Positions 1 through 9,006 of a stretch of DNA of 64,000 nt are shown here, piece by piece. The stretch comes from Candidatus Brocadiia bacterium (GTDB lineage: Bacteria > Planctomycetota > Brocadiia > CAIUPP01): assembly GCA_050015075.1 (NCBI GenBank), contig JBEKCB010000005.1:32001-96000 (forward strand). Direction: 5' to 3'. Position 1 is the first letter of the stretch, and each line of letters opens with the position of its first letter. Position numbers and translations under genes: made by a program. A model generated the notes under the pieces. The model worked only from the letters and a program-made list of their open reading frames with translations. It had not been told where the DNA came from and made no database searches.

Positions 1-1339
1 GCATGGCGTCCATGAACCGCACCCACGCCGCCCGGCCAAACCCGGCGTCCAAGCACAGCGCTCCGCCGGCCAGGATCAGCAGCGCCGCCAGGCAACCCAG
101 GATCCACATCCCGCGCCCGTTGGCCCGCGCGATACCCGGCTCCGGCTCCGCGGCCGATGCCGCGATGCCGTCCGCGCCGAGGCCGGCCAGCAGACCGATG
201 AAGAGACTGACCGGACACAGCCATCGCGCCTGCGCACGGAACAGATCGAAGCCCGGGAGCAGCCCGAAAAACACCGCGTCGCCGGCCATCGCCAGCAGCA
301 GGCAGATCAGCGCGATGCAACCGGGCAGGAAGGCCATTCCACGTCTGCCGCGGAGAAGCGCAATGAATGCCAATCCAAATGCCACGACGCCGACGTACGG
401 CGACGTCTCCCAAAGGTTCCATCGTCCCCAGAACCGGACTCCGACGTCGTTCCCGAAGATGTCCGGCACGAGAAAGGTCAGCAGCCCTTCCGGCACGAAC
501 GCGTATTGCCTGACCCAGGCATAGCTGAGCTGGCCGCGACGCGCAGAGATGGAGAAGAGTTCCAGCGCCGGCATCAACTGCACGCCCGCCAACGCCGACC
601 CGAGCAAGTAGATCAGCGCGAAGCTGCCGACGACGCGCGCCGCGCCGCGCGCGCCGAGTTCAGGCCGCTGCCACAGCCGGCCGCCCAGGTACAGCACGGC
701 AGCGATCCCGCCGTAGAAGGCGTATTGCGGATTTCCGCCGAACCACTCCATCGCCACCGCCGCCGCGCCGAGCACGATGGCGAGCGGCTGAAATCCGCCG
801 GAGACGAGCATCTCCACGCAGAGCAGGACGCACGGAATCCACGGCATCGGCGCGAGAAAACTCCAGTGACCCTCGAAGATCCGGAGGATCTGCGGCGCGC
901 CGAAGACGTATGTCGCCGCGGCGACGACCGCGCCGATCCACCTCAGCCCGAACCGCCGCGCCCAGAGATACGTGAAGAGGCCCGAGAGAAACAGGTTGAG
1001 GATGATCCCGAGGTTGATCGCGCGGCACAGCGGCAGAACTGCGCAAAGCCAGTTCGTCGGGTAGAACATCGCCGACTGCAGGCTGGCGACGAAGGGCATC
1101 CCGAGGAACTCGTAAGGATTCCAGAGCGGAAACCGCCCGGCGCGGACTTCGCCGAACCCATACGCGCGCCAGCCGTAAAACTGGTTGCGCCCGTCCCCTT
1201 CCTGCCGGCCCAGGCACCGTTCGCCCGACTGCGTCAATACGCCGAAGAAGAAGATCAGGAGGAAAAGGAGGAACCCGGCCAGGACATAGCAGTCCCGGCG
1301 GTTCAGCTTGGAATGGCCGTTTGCGGAAAATGGAGACAC
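1..1339 (-). CDS. YfhO-like polytopic membrane protein (GT-C-like), 3' end runs off the window
   Basis: Not in the ORF track because it has no stop in the window. Manual translation from GTG 1339: VSPFSANGHSKLNRRDCYVLAGFLLFLLIFFFGV...FPLWNPYEFLGMPFVASLQSAMFYPTNW. The PLWNPY..G.PF...Q...FYP motif is typical of YfhO-family N-termini; many hydrophobic segments follow. Start codon uncertain. Confidence 0.75.
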   Translation of the reverse strand, partial: MSPFSANGHSKLNRRDCYVLAGFLLFLLIFFFGVLTQSGERCLGRQEGDGRNQFYGWRAYGFGEVRAGRFPLWNPYEFLGMPFVASLQSAMFYPTNWLCAVLPLCRAINLGIILNLFLSGLFTYLWARRFGLRWIGAVVAAATYVFGAPQILRIFEGHWSFLAPMPWIPCVLLCVEMLVSGGFQPLAIVLGAAAVAMEWFGGNPQYAFYGGIAAVLYLGGRLWQRPELGARGAARVVGSFALIYLLGSALAGVQLMPALELFSISARRGQLSYAWVRQYAFVPEGLLTFLVPDIFGNDVGVRFWGRWNLWETSPYVGVVAFGLAFIALLRGRRGMAFLPGCIALICLLLAMAGDAVFFGLLPGFDLFRAQARWLCPVSLFIGLLAGLGADGIAASAAEPEPGIARANGRGMWILGCLAALLILAGGALCLDAGFGRAAWVRFMDAM

Positions 1340-1375
1340 AATACTTCCATGTCGGGACGTTTTTCGCCAGCCCTG

Positions 1376-1834
1376 CTACTGGTCCTTCCGCGCCCAATCG
1401 TATGGAATTTCTTTCGTATGCGCCTCCAGGCGGTACTCATCGGGCGCGGTGCGGTTGTAGGGCTCCGTGGGGCAATTGATCACGATCGCCTCTTCGACGG
1501 AAATCCCCTTGAACCCGTGGTACACCATGGGCGGAATCTGGACGAGCAACGGGTTATGCTCGCCGATGAAGAATTCCTGCACTTGCCCGCGCGTCGGCGA
1601 GTCGTCGCGCGGATCATACAGCGCCAGCTTGAGCATCCCGCGCACCACCGCAAAGCTATCGTACTGAAGCTTATGAAAGTGCCAGGCCTTCACGACGCCC
1701 GGGTAGACCGTCGTCATGTACACCTGGCCGAATTTCCGGTACAGCGCGTCGTCGCACCGGAGGATTTCCATCAGCCGCCCGCGCTCGTCGGGAATGACTT
1801 TCAGCGGCTTGGTCTGGACGCCGTGAATGGGCAA
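1376..1834 (-). CDS. dTDP-4-dehydrorhamnose 3,5-epimerase family (RmlC-like cupin)
   Basis: DERGRLME, PGVVKAWHFH, IPPMVYHGFK and IPYDW motifs. Confidence 0.85.
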   Translation of the reverse strand: MPIHGVQTKPLKVIPDERGRLMEILRCDDALYRKFGQVYMTTVYPGVVKAWHFHKLQYDSFAVVRGMLKLALYDPRDDSPTRGQVQEFFIGEHNPLLVQIPPMVYHGFKGISVEEAIVINCPTEPYNRTAPDEYRLEAHTKEIPYDWARKDQ

Positions 1835-2002
1835 GAGGATCCCTTTCCAAACAGGATTGCATTTCGATCCAACCGCGCCGCATTATAGCAATCGCGCGCC
1901 GGTTTTTGTATCGGGAATCGGCCCTTAGATGTCGGGGAAACTTGTGAAGACCCCTGTAAACCCTCGTAAAATCGGCGCTTCTTCGCTGCGCGGCAAAGGC
2001 GC

Positions 2003-2031
2003 TTGACTCAGGCACCCGGCGGGAGTATCAT
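2003..2031 (+). promoter_or_regulatory. sigma70-type promoter of tatAB
   Basis: TTGACT-17nt-TATCAT upstream of tatA. Confidence 0.55.
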
Positions 2032-2107
2032 GGATTAATGGAAGGCGGGCACCGGTTTCCCGCTGACTGTTAAGGCGGGGAGGTTGTTTTTTCTTGAGAG
2101 GATGCAG

Positions 2108-2317
2108 ATGAATACATTGGCGCTCCTATTCGAACGGCCGGAAAGCTTCCTCCTGATCGTCCTGATCATCATCCTTCTCTTCGGCAGCTCGCGCATCCCG
2201 CAGGTCGCCCGCTCGCTGGGCCGCAGCGTGAGCGAATTCAAGAAGGGTGTGCGCGAAGGCGAAGAAGAAGAGAAGAAAGCCGTCGAACCGAAGGAAGCAG
2301 ATAAGAAGCCTGGGTGA
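2108..2317 (+). CDS. tatA: Twin-arginine translocase TatA
   Basis: Single TM then LLFGSSRIPQVARSLGRSVSEFKKG amphipathic helix; RBS GAGAGG before ATG 2108. Confidence 0.9.
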   Translation: MNTLALLFERPESFLLIVLIIILLFGSSRIPQVARSLGRSVSEFKKGVREGEEEEKKAVEPKEADKKPG

Positions 2318-2724
2318 GCGGCGTGTCCCTCGGCACCATTCTGCTGATTACCATCGTCATCCTCGTCGTCTTCGGCCCCGAGAAAGTCCCGGAAGTGGGC
2401 CGGGCTCTCGGGCGCGCTATGCACGAATTCCGGAAAGCCATGGCGGAGTTCGAGCGCAGCGTGGACGAGCAGACCGAGCCGGTCCGAAAGGCGATGACCG
2501 AGGCGCAGGACACGGTGAACGCCCACGCAGCCGAAATCACCAAAGCCACCTCGATCTCGCAGTTCCAGCGCAGCGTGAACGAGCAGACCGAGCCGATCCG
2601 TAAAGCGATCACGGACGCGCAGGATACGGTCAACGCCCAGGCAGCCGAAATCAGCAAAGCCGCCTCGATCTCGGAACCCCAGCCGGCGAAGAAACCTGAA
2701 GAAAGTCCGAAGCCCGAGTGTTGA
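2314..2724 (+). CDS. tatB: Twin-arginine translocase TatB (TatA/B family) with internal 38-aa duplication
   Basis: VVFGPEKVPEVGRALGRAMHEFRK motif; GTGA overlap with tatA. Confidence 0.8.
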   Translation: MSGVSLGTILLITIVILVVFGPEKVPEVGRALGRAMHEFRKAMAEFERSVDEQTEPVRKAMTEAQDTVNAHAAEITKATSISQFQRSVNEQTEPIRKAITDAQDTVNAQAAEISKAASISEPQPAKKPEESPKPEC

Positions 2725-2768
2725 ATGATGACGTCCTTCATCACTCATCATCCGCGCTTCCGACTTCC
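2701..2768. repeat. Heptamer-periodic palindromic element, family A, copy 1
   Basis: GAAGCCC GAGTGTT GAATGAT GACG..TTC ATCACTC ATCATCC GCGCTTC CGACTTC; lies between convergent tatB and livF and contains the tatB stop. Confidence 0.8.
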
Positions 2769-2769
2769 T

Positions 2770-3486
2770 TCAACCGCCCAGGTACGCCCGCTTGACTTCC
2801 GCGCTGTTGCGCAGTTCCGCCGCGGGCCCTTCGAGCGCGATCTGCCCGGTCTCGAGCACGTAGGCGCGGTCGGCGACGCCGAGCGCCTGGTAGGCGTTCT
2901 GCTCGACGAGCAGGATCGTCGCGCCTTCGGCCTTGACCTCGCGGATGATCTCGAAGATGTTCTCGACGAGCACGGGCGCGAGGCCCATGCTCGGCTCGTC
3001 CATCAGCAGCAGCCGACCGCCGGTCATCAGCGCGCGGCCGAACGCCAGCATCTGCTGCTCGCCGCCGCTGAGCGTGGCGCCCGGCTGGTTGAGCCGCTCC
3101 TTGAGCCGCGGGAAAAGCCGGAAGACGCGCTCGCGGGCCTTCTCGAGCGCGCTCCGGTCGCGCCGGCGGACGTAGCCGGCCAGTTCGAGGTTCTCGCGGA
3201 CGGTCAGGTTGGTGAAGATGCCGCGGCCTTCCGGGACGTGCGCGATGCCGGCGCGGACGATCTCGTGCGCGGGCAGGCCGCCGATCTCGCGCCCCGCCAG
3301 GCGGATGCTGCCGCCGCTCGGGCGCATCAGGCCCGAGAGCGTCCGCAGCGCGGTGCTTTTCCCCGCGCCGTTCGCCCCGATCAGCGCGACGACTTCCCCC
3401 GCCGCCACCCGGAACGAAATTCCCTTCAGCGCGCGGATCGCGCCATAGTGCACCGACAGGTTCTCGACCTCCAGCAGCGCGCTCAT
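2770..3486 (-). CDS. livF: Branched-chain amino acid ABC transporter ATPase LivF
   Basis: GANGAGKS Walker A, LSGGEQQMLA, LMDEPSMGLAP, C-terminal AYLGG. Confidence 0.92.
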   Translation of the reverse strand: MSALLEVENLSVHYGAIRALKGISFRVAAGEVVALIGANGAGKSTALRTLSGLMRPSGGSIRLAGREIGGLPAHEIVRAGIAHVPEGRGIFTNLTVRENLELAGYVRRRDRSALEKARERVFRLFPRLKERLNQPGATLSGGEQQMLAFGRALMTGGRLLLMDEPSMGLAPVLVENIFEIIREVKAEGATILLVEQNAYQALGVADRAYVLETGQIALEGPAAELRNSAEVKRAYLGG

Positions 3487-4253
3487 GTGCGCACGCCTTT
3501 CCCCAGGTAGGCTTCGATCACGTCCGGGCTGTTCTGGATTTCCGCCGGCGTGCCGTGGGCGATGACCTCGCCGAAATCCAGCACGTAGATGCGCCGGCAG
3601 ATGCCCATCACGAGCGCCATCTGATGCTCGATGAGGAGGATCGAGAGTTCGCGCTCGCGCTGCAGGCGGAGGATGAGGTCCATCAGCTCGGCCGTCTCCG
3701 CGCGGTTCATCCCGGCGGCCGGCTCGTCGAGCAGCAGCACCTGGGGCCCGCCGGCGAGAGCGCGGGCGATCTCCAGCCGGCGCTGCGCCCCGTACGGCAG
3801 CTCGCCCGGCAGCGCGTCGCGCCGGTCCGCCAGGCCCACCTCGCGCAGCAGATCCAGCGAGGCGCGCTCCATCGCCGACTCCTCGCGCTCGAACGACCGC
3901 GTCCGCACCATCGAGGCCAGCAGCCCGCTGCGCGCCCGGTGATGCTGCGCCGCCTTCACGTTGTCGAGCACCGTCATCCCGCCGAACAGCCGGATGTTCT
4001 GGAACGTGCGCGTGACGCCGCGCAGGGCGATCTCGTGCGGCGGCAGGCCGACGAGGCTCTCGCCGCGGAGGACGATGTCGCCGGAGTCCGGCCGGTACAC
4101 GCCGCTGATCAGGTTGAACAGCGTGGTCTTCCCCGCGCCGTTCGGCCCGATGAGGCCGACGCGTTCGCCGGCGTGAAGCTCCAGGCTGGCCGACTGAACC
4201 GCCGCCAGGCCGCCGAACGAGCGAGTGACCGACTTCAGCTCAAGGATCGCCAT
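3483..4253 (-). CDS. livG: Branched-chain amino acid ABC transporter ATPase LivG
   Basis: GPNGAGKTT, RTFQNIRLF, LPYGAQRRLEIARAL, LLLDEPAAG. Confidence 0.92.
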   Translation of the reverse strand: MAILELKSVTRSFGGLAAVQSASLELHAGERVGLIGPNGAGKTTLFNLISGVYRPDSGDIVLRGESLVGLPPHEIALRGVTRTFQNIRLFGGMTVLDNVKAAQHHRARSGLLASMVRTRSFEREESAMERASLDLLREVGLADRRDALPGELPYGAQRRLEIARALAGGPQVLLLDEPAAGMNRAETAELMDLILRLQRERELSILLIEHQMALVMGICRRIYVLDFGEVIAHGTPAEIQNSPDVIEAYLGKGVRT

Positions 4254-4261
4254 AAGCCGCT

Positions 4262-4305
4262 CCATGGTCTATCGTCCGTCGTCTACCGTCCATCGTCAAT
4301 CGTCC
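4262..4305. repeat. Degenerate heptamer tandem (CCATCGT-like, about 6 units)
   Basis: CCATGGT CTATCGT CCGTCGT CTACCGT CCATCGT CAATCGT; encodes the LivM C-terminus TIDDGR and its stop. Confidence 0.7.
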
Positions 4306-5437
4306 TTCCGCGCGGCACCAGCCATCGGAATTCCTTGCCGCCGTACAGCCCCTTCGGCCGCCAGAGGATGACGGCGATGAGGATCGCGGCGTAGATCACC
4401 ATCCGCCACGAGTCCGCGCCGTGGATCAGCATCGTCAGCAGTTCCCAGAGCGTCGTCAGCACCACCGCGGCCAGGATCGAGCCGCTGATGCTGCCGATGC
4501 CGCCGATGTACACGATGATCAGGAACTCGATGGACTTCAGGAACCCGCCCATGCTCGGGTGGACCATGTTCGACCAGTGCGCCAGCAGCACGCCGCCGAC
4601 GCCGGCGAAGAACGCGCCCATCACGAATGCCGCGACTTTGTAGAAGACGGTGTCCACGCCGAGAATCTCGGCGGCGACCTCGTCCTCGCGGATCGCGGCG
4701 CAGGCCCGCCCGTGCGAGCTGAACGCGAAGTTCCGTACCGCCCAGACGATCCCCGCCAGGAGCAGGATGGAGAAGACGAAGCCCATCAGGATCGGCATGT
4801 CGCGCGGGTCAATGCCCGGCAGCGCGGGGCCGGGCATCGCCGGGATCCCGTCAATCGCGCGCGGTCCGCCGATCTCGCGCACCTGGCCGTACTCCTCGCG
4901 GTGAAAGGTGATGAATTTCAACAGCACGCCGATGATCTCGCCGAACCCCAGCGTGGCGATCGCCAGGTAATCGCCGCGCAGGCGCAAGGTCGGCAGCCCC
5001 ACCAGGAACCCGAGCACCGCGGCCGCCAGCCCGCCCGCGAGCAGCGAGAGCAGAAATGCCGGCAGCGCCAGCCCCAGGCCGGTCTCGCCGGTCAGCCGGA
5101 ACAGCAGGCTGGTCATGATGCCCGCCGTGTAAGCGCCGACCACCATGAACCCGGCATGCCCGATGGAGAAGAGGCCGGTGATGCCGTTGATCAGGTTCAG
5201 GCTCACGGCCATGATCGCGGTGATGCAGATGAACGCCTCGATCCGCACCGTGTAGGGATTCACCCATGCAGAATCGAGACCGAACCATTCCTTCGCCCCC
5301 AGGCCGACCGTCGCCGAGGCGAGCAGGATCACCACGATCGCCGCGCCCCACCAGCGCCACCGAACCGGCAGCAGCATCAGCCCGAGGCCGAGCGCAATCG
5401 GCCAGAAGTTCAGCAGGTCGCCTAGTTGGAATTCCAT
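4283..5437 (-). CDS. livM: Branched-chain amino acid ABC transporter permease LivM
   Basis: SLNLINGITGLFSIGHAGF, LRLRGDYLAIATLGFGEI, AIREDEVAA. Confidence 0.92.
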   Translation of the reverse strand: MEFQLGDLLNFWPIALGLGLMLLPVRWRWWGAAIVVILLASATVGLGAKEWFGLDSAWVNPYTVRIEAFICITAIMAVSLNLINGITGLFSIGHAGFMVVGAYTAGIMTSLLFRLTGETGLGLALPAFLLSLLAGGLAAAVLGFLVGLPTLRLRGDYLAIATLGFGEIIGVLLKFITFHREEYGQVREIGGPRAIDGIPAMPGPALPGIDPRDMPILMGFVFSILLLAGIVWAVRNFAFSSHGRACAAIREDEVAAEILGVDTVFYKVAAFVMGAFFAGVGGVLLAHWSNMVHPSMGGFLKSIEFLIIVYIGGIGSISGSILAAVVLTTLWELLTMLIHGADSWRMVIYAAILIAVILWRPKGLYGGKEFRWLVPRGRTIDDGR

Positions 5438-5503
5438 GTCGCAGCCTCAGAGGCCGTCAAACAACCCGCGAAAGGCTTGGTGCGCGTGCGGCATCACGCA
5501 AGT

Positions 5504-5585
5504 ATCGTCCTCGTCCTCGTCGTCGTCCTCGAACTGCTCATCTCAACGGCCGAGGACGAGGACGACGACGAGGACGAGGACGATT
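5504..5585. repeat. GACGAG-periodic palindromic element, family B, copy 1
   Basis: 28-bp perfect inverted repeat ATCGTCCTCGTCCTCGTCGTCGTCCTCG (5504-5531 vs 5557-5584) between livH and livM. Confidence 0.85.
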
Positions 5586-5596
5586 AGGTCGCCTTT

Positions 5597-6550
5597 CTAC
5601 ACCTTCTCGCTCGCTTCCTCGCCGAAGATGCCCTGCGGCCGGACCAGCAGCACGAGGATGAGCAGGGCGAACGCCACGCCGTCCGCGAGCGGCGTGTAGT
5701 CCACCGGCGCGCCGGGGAGCACCGCGATTGCGCCCACCTCGGCCAGGCCCAGCAGCAGCCCGCCGACCATCGCGCCGGGCACGTTGCCGATGCCGCCGAG
5801 CACCGCCGCGATGAACGCCTTGAGGCCGGGCATCAGCCCCATCGTAGCGACGATCTGCGGATACGTCAGCGCGCTGAGCAGCCCGCCCGCGCCGGCCAGC
5901 GCGCCGCCGACCAGGAACGTCATCGAGATCACCCGGTTCACGTTCACGCCCATCAGCGACAGCGCGTCCTTGTTGTTCGCGCACGCGCGCATCGCCATCC
6001 CGAGCGTCGTCCGCCGCACCAGCAGCCACAGCGCCGCCATCAGCACCAGGGAGACGCCGAAGTCGAGCAGTTGAATGCGCGTGACGTACACCGCGCGGCC
6101 GGGAATCAGCCGGTAGCTCGCGGACCGGATCAGCTGGTCCTTCGGGAAATTCGTGTAGTTGGCGCCGGCGAAGGAGACCTCGTTTCCGGCGCGGTCCTTG
6201 AAGCTGAAGGCGATCGCCTGCACCAGGCTGCTCAACAGGAGCGAGACCCCGATCGCGGCGATCAGCATGGAGAGCCGCGGCCGGTATCGCAGCGGGCGGT
6301 ACACCGCCGCTTCCATCGCGACGGCGAGCAGGCCGCACACCGTCATCGCCGCCAGCAGCGCCGACGGCAGGTTCAGGCCCAGGAGGAGCGCCGCGAAATA
6401 CCCGACGAACGCGCCGATCATGAACACCTCGCCGTGGGCGAAGTTGATCAGCCGCAGAACGCCGTACACCATCGTGTAGCCCAGCGCGATCAGCGCGTAG
6501 ATGCTGCCGCGTTGCAGGCCGTTGATCACCTGGCTCAGGAACACTTCCAT
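5597..6550 (-). CDS. livH: Branched-chain amino acid ABC transporter permease LivH
   Basis: GSIYALIALGYTMVYGVLRLINFAHGE, GLKAFIAAVLGGIG. Confidence 0.93.
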   Translation of the reverse strand: MEVFLSQVINGLQRGSIYALIALGYTMVYGVLRLINFAHGEVFMIGAFVGYFAALLLGLNLPSALLAAMTVCGLLAVAMEAAVYRPLRYRPRLSMLIAAIGVSLLLSSLVQAIAFSFKDRAGNEVSFAGANYTNFPKDQLIRSASYRLIPGRAVYVTRIQLLDFGVSLVLMAALWLLVRRTTLGMAMRACANNKDALSLMGVNVNRVISMTFLVGGALAGAGGLLSALTYPQIVATMGLMPGLKAFIAAVLGGIGNVPGAMVGGLLLGLAEVGAIAVLPGAPVDYTPLADGVAFALLILVLLVRPQGIFGEEASEKV

Positions 6551-6656
6551 GGCGCGTCATGTTAGCGTGAAGCGCCTCCGTCGGCAAGCGATTTCGCGCG
6601 CGATATGGTAAACTGCCGATGCGTATCCGTCTCAACCACTCCGAAGAAAGGCGCGT

Positions 6657-7478
6657 ATGGCGCAAAGTGCGTTCATGACCGTGCTCGAGCACCTCGGCGA
6701 GCTGCGCCGCCGCATCATCCGCTCCGCGATCGTCTTCCTGCTGGCCACCATGTTCTGCTTCTATTACGGTTATGAGCCGGTCAAGCTCGTCCTCGTCGCG
6801 CCGCTGGAGGCGCTGAACGCGAACACGAAGAACCCTTTCTCGGCGTACAACCCGCTCGTCCGGCGGCTCCGGCCGCAAATGGTCGGGCCGACGACCGTCG
6901 TGCAGGTCCGCCTCAACGCCATGACTCCGTGGGAGCCGTTCATGGTGAAGTTCAACATCTCCATGCTCGGTGCGCTGGTGATCAGTTCGCCGTTCCTCTT
7001 CTACCAGCTCTGGGCGTTCATCGGCGCGGGACTTCGCCCCGGCGAAAAGAGCGTGGTCCTGCGGTATCTGCCGCTCTCGCTCGCATTGTTCATCGCGGGG
7101 ATGCTCTTCGCCTATCTTGTGGCGCTCCCGATCGCCATGCTCTACCTGCTGACCGTGGACCCTGAGATTAATCTGGTGCTGATGTACGCGCCGTACATGA
7201 AGCTGATCATCAAGATCATGGCTGCCTTCGGGCTGGTCTTCCAGTTGCCGCTGGTGATGATGGCGCTGGCGCGGCTGGGGTTGGTTCAAGTCAAGACGAT
7301 GACGCATTACCGCCGCCACGCGATCGTGGGCCTTTTCATCACCGCCGCGCTGCTGGCGCCGTCGCCGGACCCGTTCAGCATGTGCTTGCTGGCAATTCCG
7401 ATGATAGCGCTTTACGAATTCGGCATCCTGCTCTCCAAACTGGCCGAAAAACGCATGGCGGCTGCACACCCCGCCTAA
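6657..7478 (+). CDS. tatC: Twin-arginine translocase TatC
   Basis: MTVLEHLGELRRR, YQLWAFIGAGLRPGEK, FGLVFQLP, PDPFSM..LAIPMIALYE. Confidence 0.93.
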   Translation: MAQSAFMTVLEHLGELRRRIIRSAIVFLLATMFCFYYGYEPVKLVLVAPLEALNANTKNPFSAYNPLVRRLRPQMVGPTTVVQVRLNAMTPWEPFMVKFNISMLGALVISSPFLFYQLWAFIGAGLRPGEKSVVLRYLPLSLALFIAGMLFAYLVALPIAMLYLLTVDPEINLVLMYAPYMKLIIKIMAAFGLVFQLPLVMMALARLGLVQVKTMTHYRRHAIVGLFITAALLAPSPDPFSMCLLAIPMIALYEFGILLSKLAEKRMAAAHPA

Positions 7479-7743
7479 ACCGAGCGCCTGCCCGTGTTGA
7501 TTTTTTGAGAAAAACATTCGCCTACAACTTAGAACAACCGCCATTGTCGTAATATCCTAATGTCACGCATGTTGCATTTTTGCACAAAGTCGGATCTAGC
7601 AGATGTTCCTTTCCCTGCCTTGACAGAGGCCGCATGGTAGGATAGAAATAAGGGAACAACCCCGTGCCCACAAGCAAAGGTGGCGCTGTCTTAAGGTCGC
7701 TCGGCGCGGGACGGCTCGAAAGGGCGCAAAAATGGGGAATGAC

Positions 7744-7974
7744 ATGGAAGTCAGAAAGTCGCTTGACGTCGAGGACGCGCCCGGCACGGACGCAATCGTT
7801 CGGAAAATGGCGAAACGCGCGCTGCCGGACCTTCAGGGCAAGCGCGTGACTGCCGCCGCGAAAGAGCAGCCGCGTGGAGAAGACGCGATGCAGCGCCTGA
7901 TCCGTTCGAACTTGCTGAAAGGCGCCCGGGTGCGGCCCGCGCGCGATGTGCCCGCCGGCGCCGCTTCACGGTGA
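7744..7974 (+). CDS. Small basic hypothetical protein
   Basis: Fills the gap between tatC and the aminotransferase; downstream of TTGACA-17-TAGAAA (7620-7648); no recognisable motif; start could be 7732. Confidence 0.4.
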   Translation: MEVRKSLDVEDAPGTDAIVRKMAKRALPDLQGKRVTAAAKEQPRGEDAMQRLIRSNLLKGARVRPARDVPAGAASR

Positions 7975-7975
7975 G

Positions 7976-8833
7976 TCAGCTCTCCGCTTCCACCGCCGCG
8001 CGATAGAGCGCCTGGATCCGCCGCGTGATCGAGCCAGGCGTCGCGCTGCCGATCCCTCGGCGGTCCACCGAACGCACCGGCATTATCTCCATCAACGAAT
8101 TCGTCAGGAACATCTCGTCCGCGTCGAACAGTTCCCCGGCGGCGATCGGCCGCTCGGCGACCGGAATTCCCTCCGCCCGCGCCAGGTCCAGCACCGCGCC
8201 GCGCGTGATGCCCGGCAGCAGCCCGCAGTAAACCGGCGGCGTGAGAAGCGATCCGCCGCGCGCCAGGAACACATTGCTGACCGATTCCTCGGCGACCTGC
8301 CCGCACTCGTTGAGCAGGATAGCGCCGTTCGCGCCCGCGTCGGTCGCCTCCTGGCGCGCGAGCAGATAGAGCAGGTAGCTCAGCGTCTTGTGGCGCGCCA
8401 GGGGGTTGGCGGAATTCTGCCGCGCGGTGCTGATGATGAGCCGCGTCCCGTTGCGGTACTGCTCGGCCGGCTGGGCCTGGAGCGCCCGCGCGTGGATCAG
8501 CAGCGTCGCCGGGCCCGCGCCGTCGAGCCGCAGCCCCTGGGCCGACGCGCCGCGCGTCAACGTGACGCGCACGTATGCCTCCGCGCAGGAGTTCAGCCGG
8601 ATCAGTTCCGCGATGGCTTTCTCGATCTGCTCGTCCGTGGCGGGCACGGTCAGCCGCAGGAACGCCGCCGATGCCCGCAGCCGCAGCATGTGCGCCGCCA
8701 GGCGGAAGACTTTTCCCCGGTATGCGCGCATGCTCTCGAAAAGTCCGTCGCCCAGCAGCAGCCCGCGGTCGCCCGCCGCGACGCGCGCAGCCGATTCCTC
8801 GACGATCTCGCCGTTCAGGAAGACGCTGGCCAT
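7976..8833 (-). CDS. PLP-dependent aminotransferase class IV (IlvE/PabC-like)
   Basis: DRGLLLGDGLFESMR, HKTLSY, ESVSNVF, LLPGITR, ADEMFLTNS. Confidence 0.9.
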   Translation of the reverse strand: MASVFLNGEIVEESAARVAAGDRGLLLGDGLFESMRAYRGKVFRLAAHMLRLRASAAFLRLTVPATDEQIEKAIAELIRLNSCAEAYVRVTLTRGASAQGLRLDGAGPATLLIHARALQAQPAEQYRNGTRLIISTARQNSANPLARHKTLSYLLYLLARQEATDAGANGAILLNECGQVAEESVSNVFLARGGSLLTPPVYCGLLPGITRGAVLDLARAEGIPVAERPIAAGELFDADEMFLTNSLMEIMPVRSVDRRGIGSATPGSITRRIQALYRAAVEAES

Positions 8834-9006
8834 GGATTCCTCATACGGAAATGTCCGCGGCGGGATTCTACCAAAAAGCCCGGCCCTCCGCAGCCATGAC
8901 CTTCACCTGACACATGCCGCGCGGTTGCGGTACAATAAGGTTGTTGGTATCGTTGACGCAGTCTGGCCGAAAGCCGCCCGCTTCATGGCGCTGGGAAAAA
9001 GACCGG

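Noticed and set aside
8834-9006. Moco riboswitch upstream of moeA
   Set aside because: The leader after the TACAAT -10 is only about 70 nt and I could not match the Moco RNA motif by eye; an Rfam scan would settle it.
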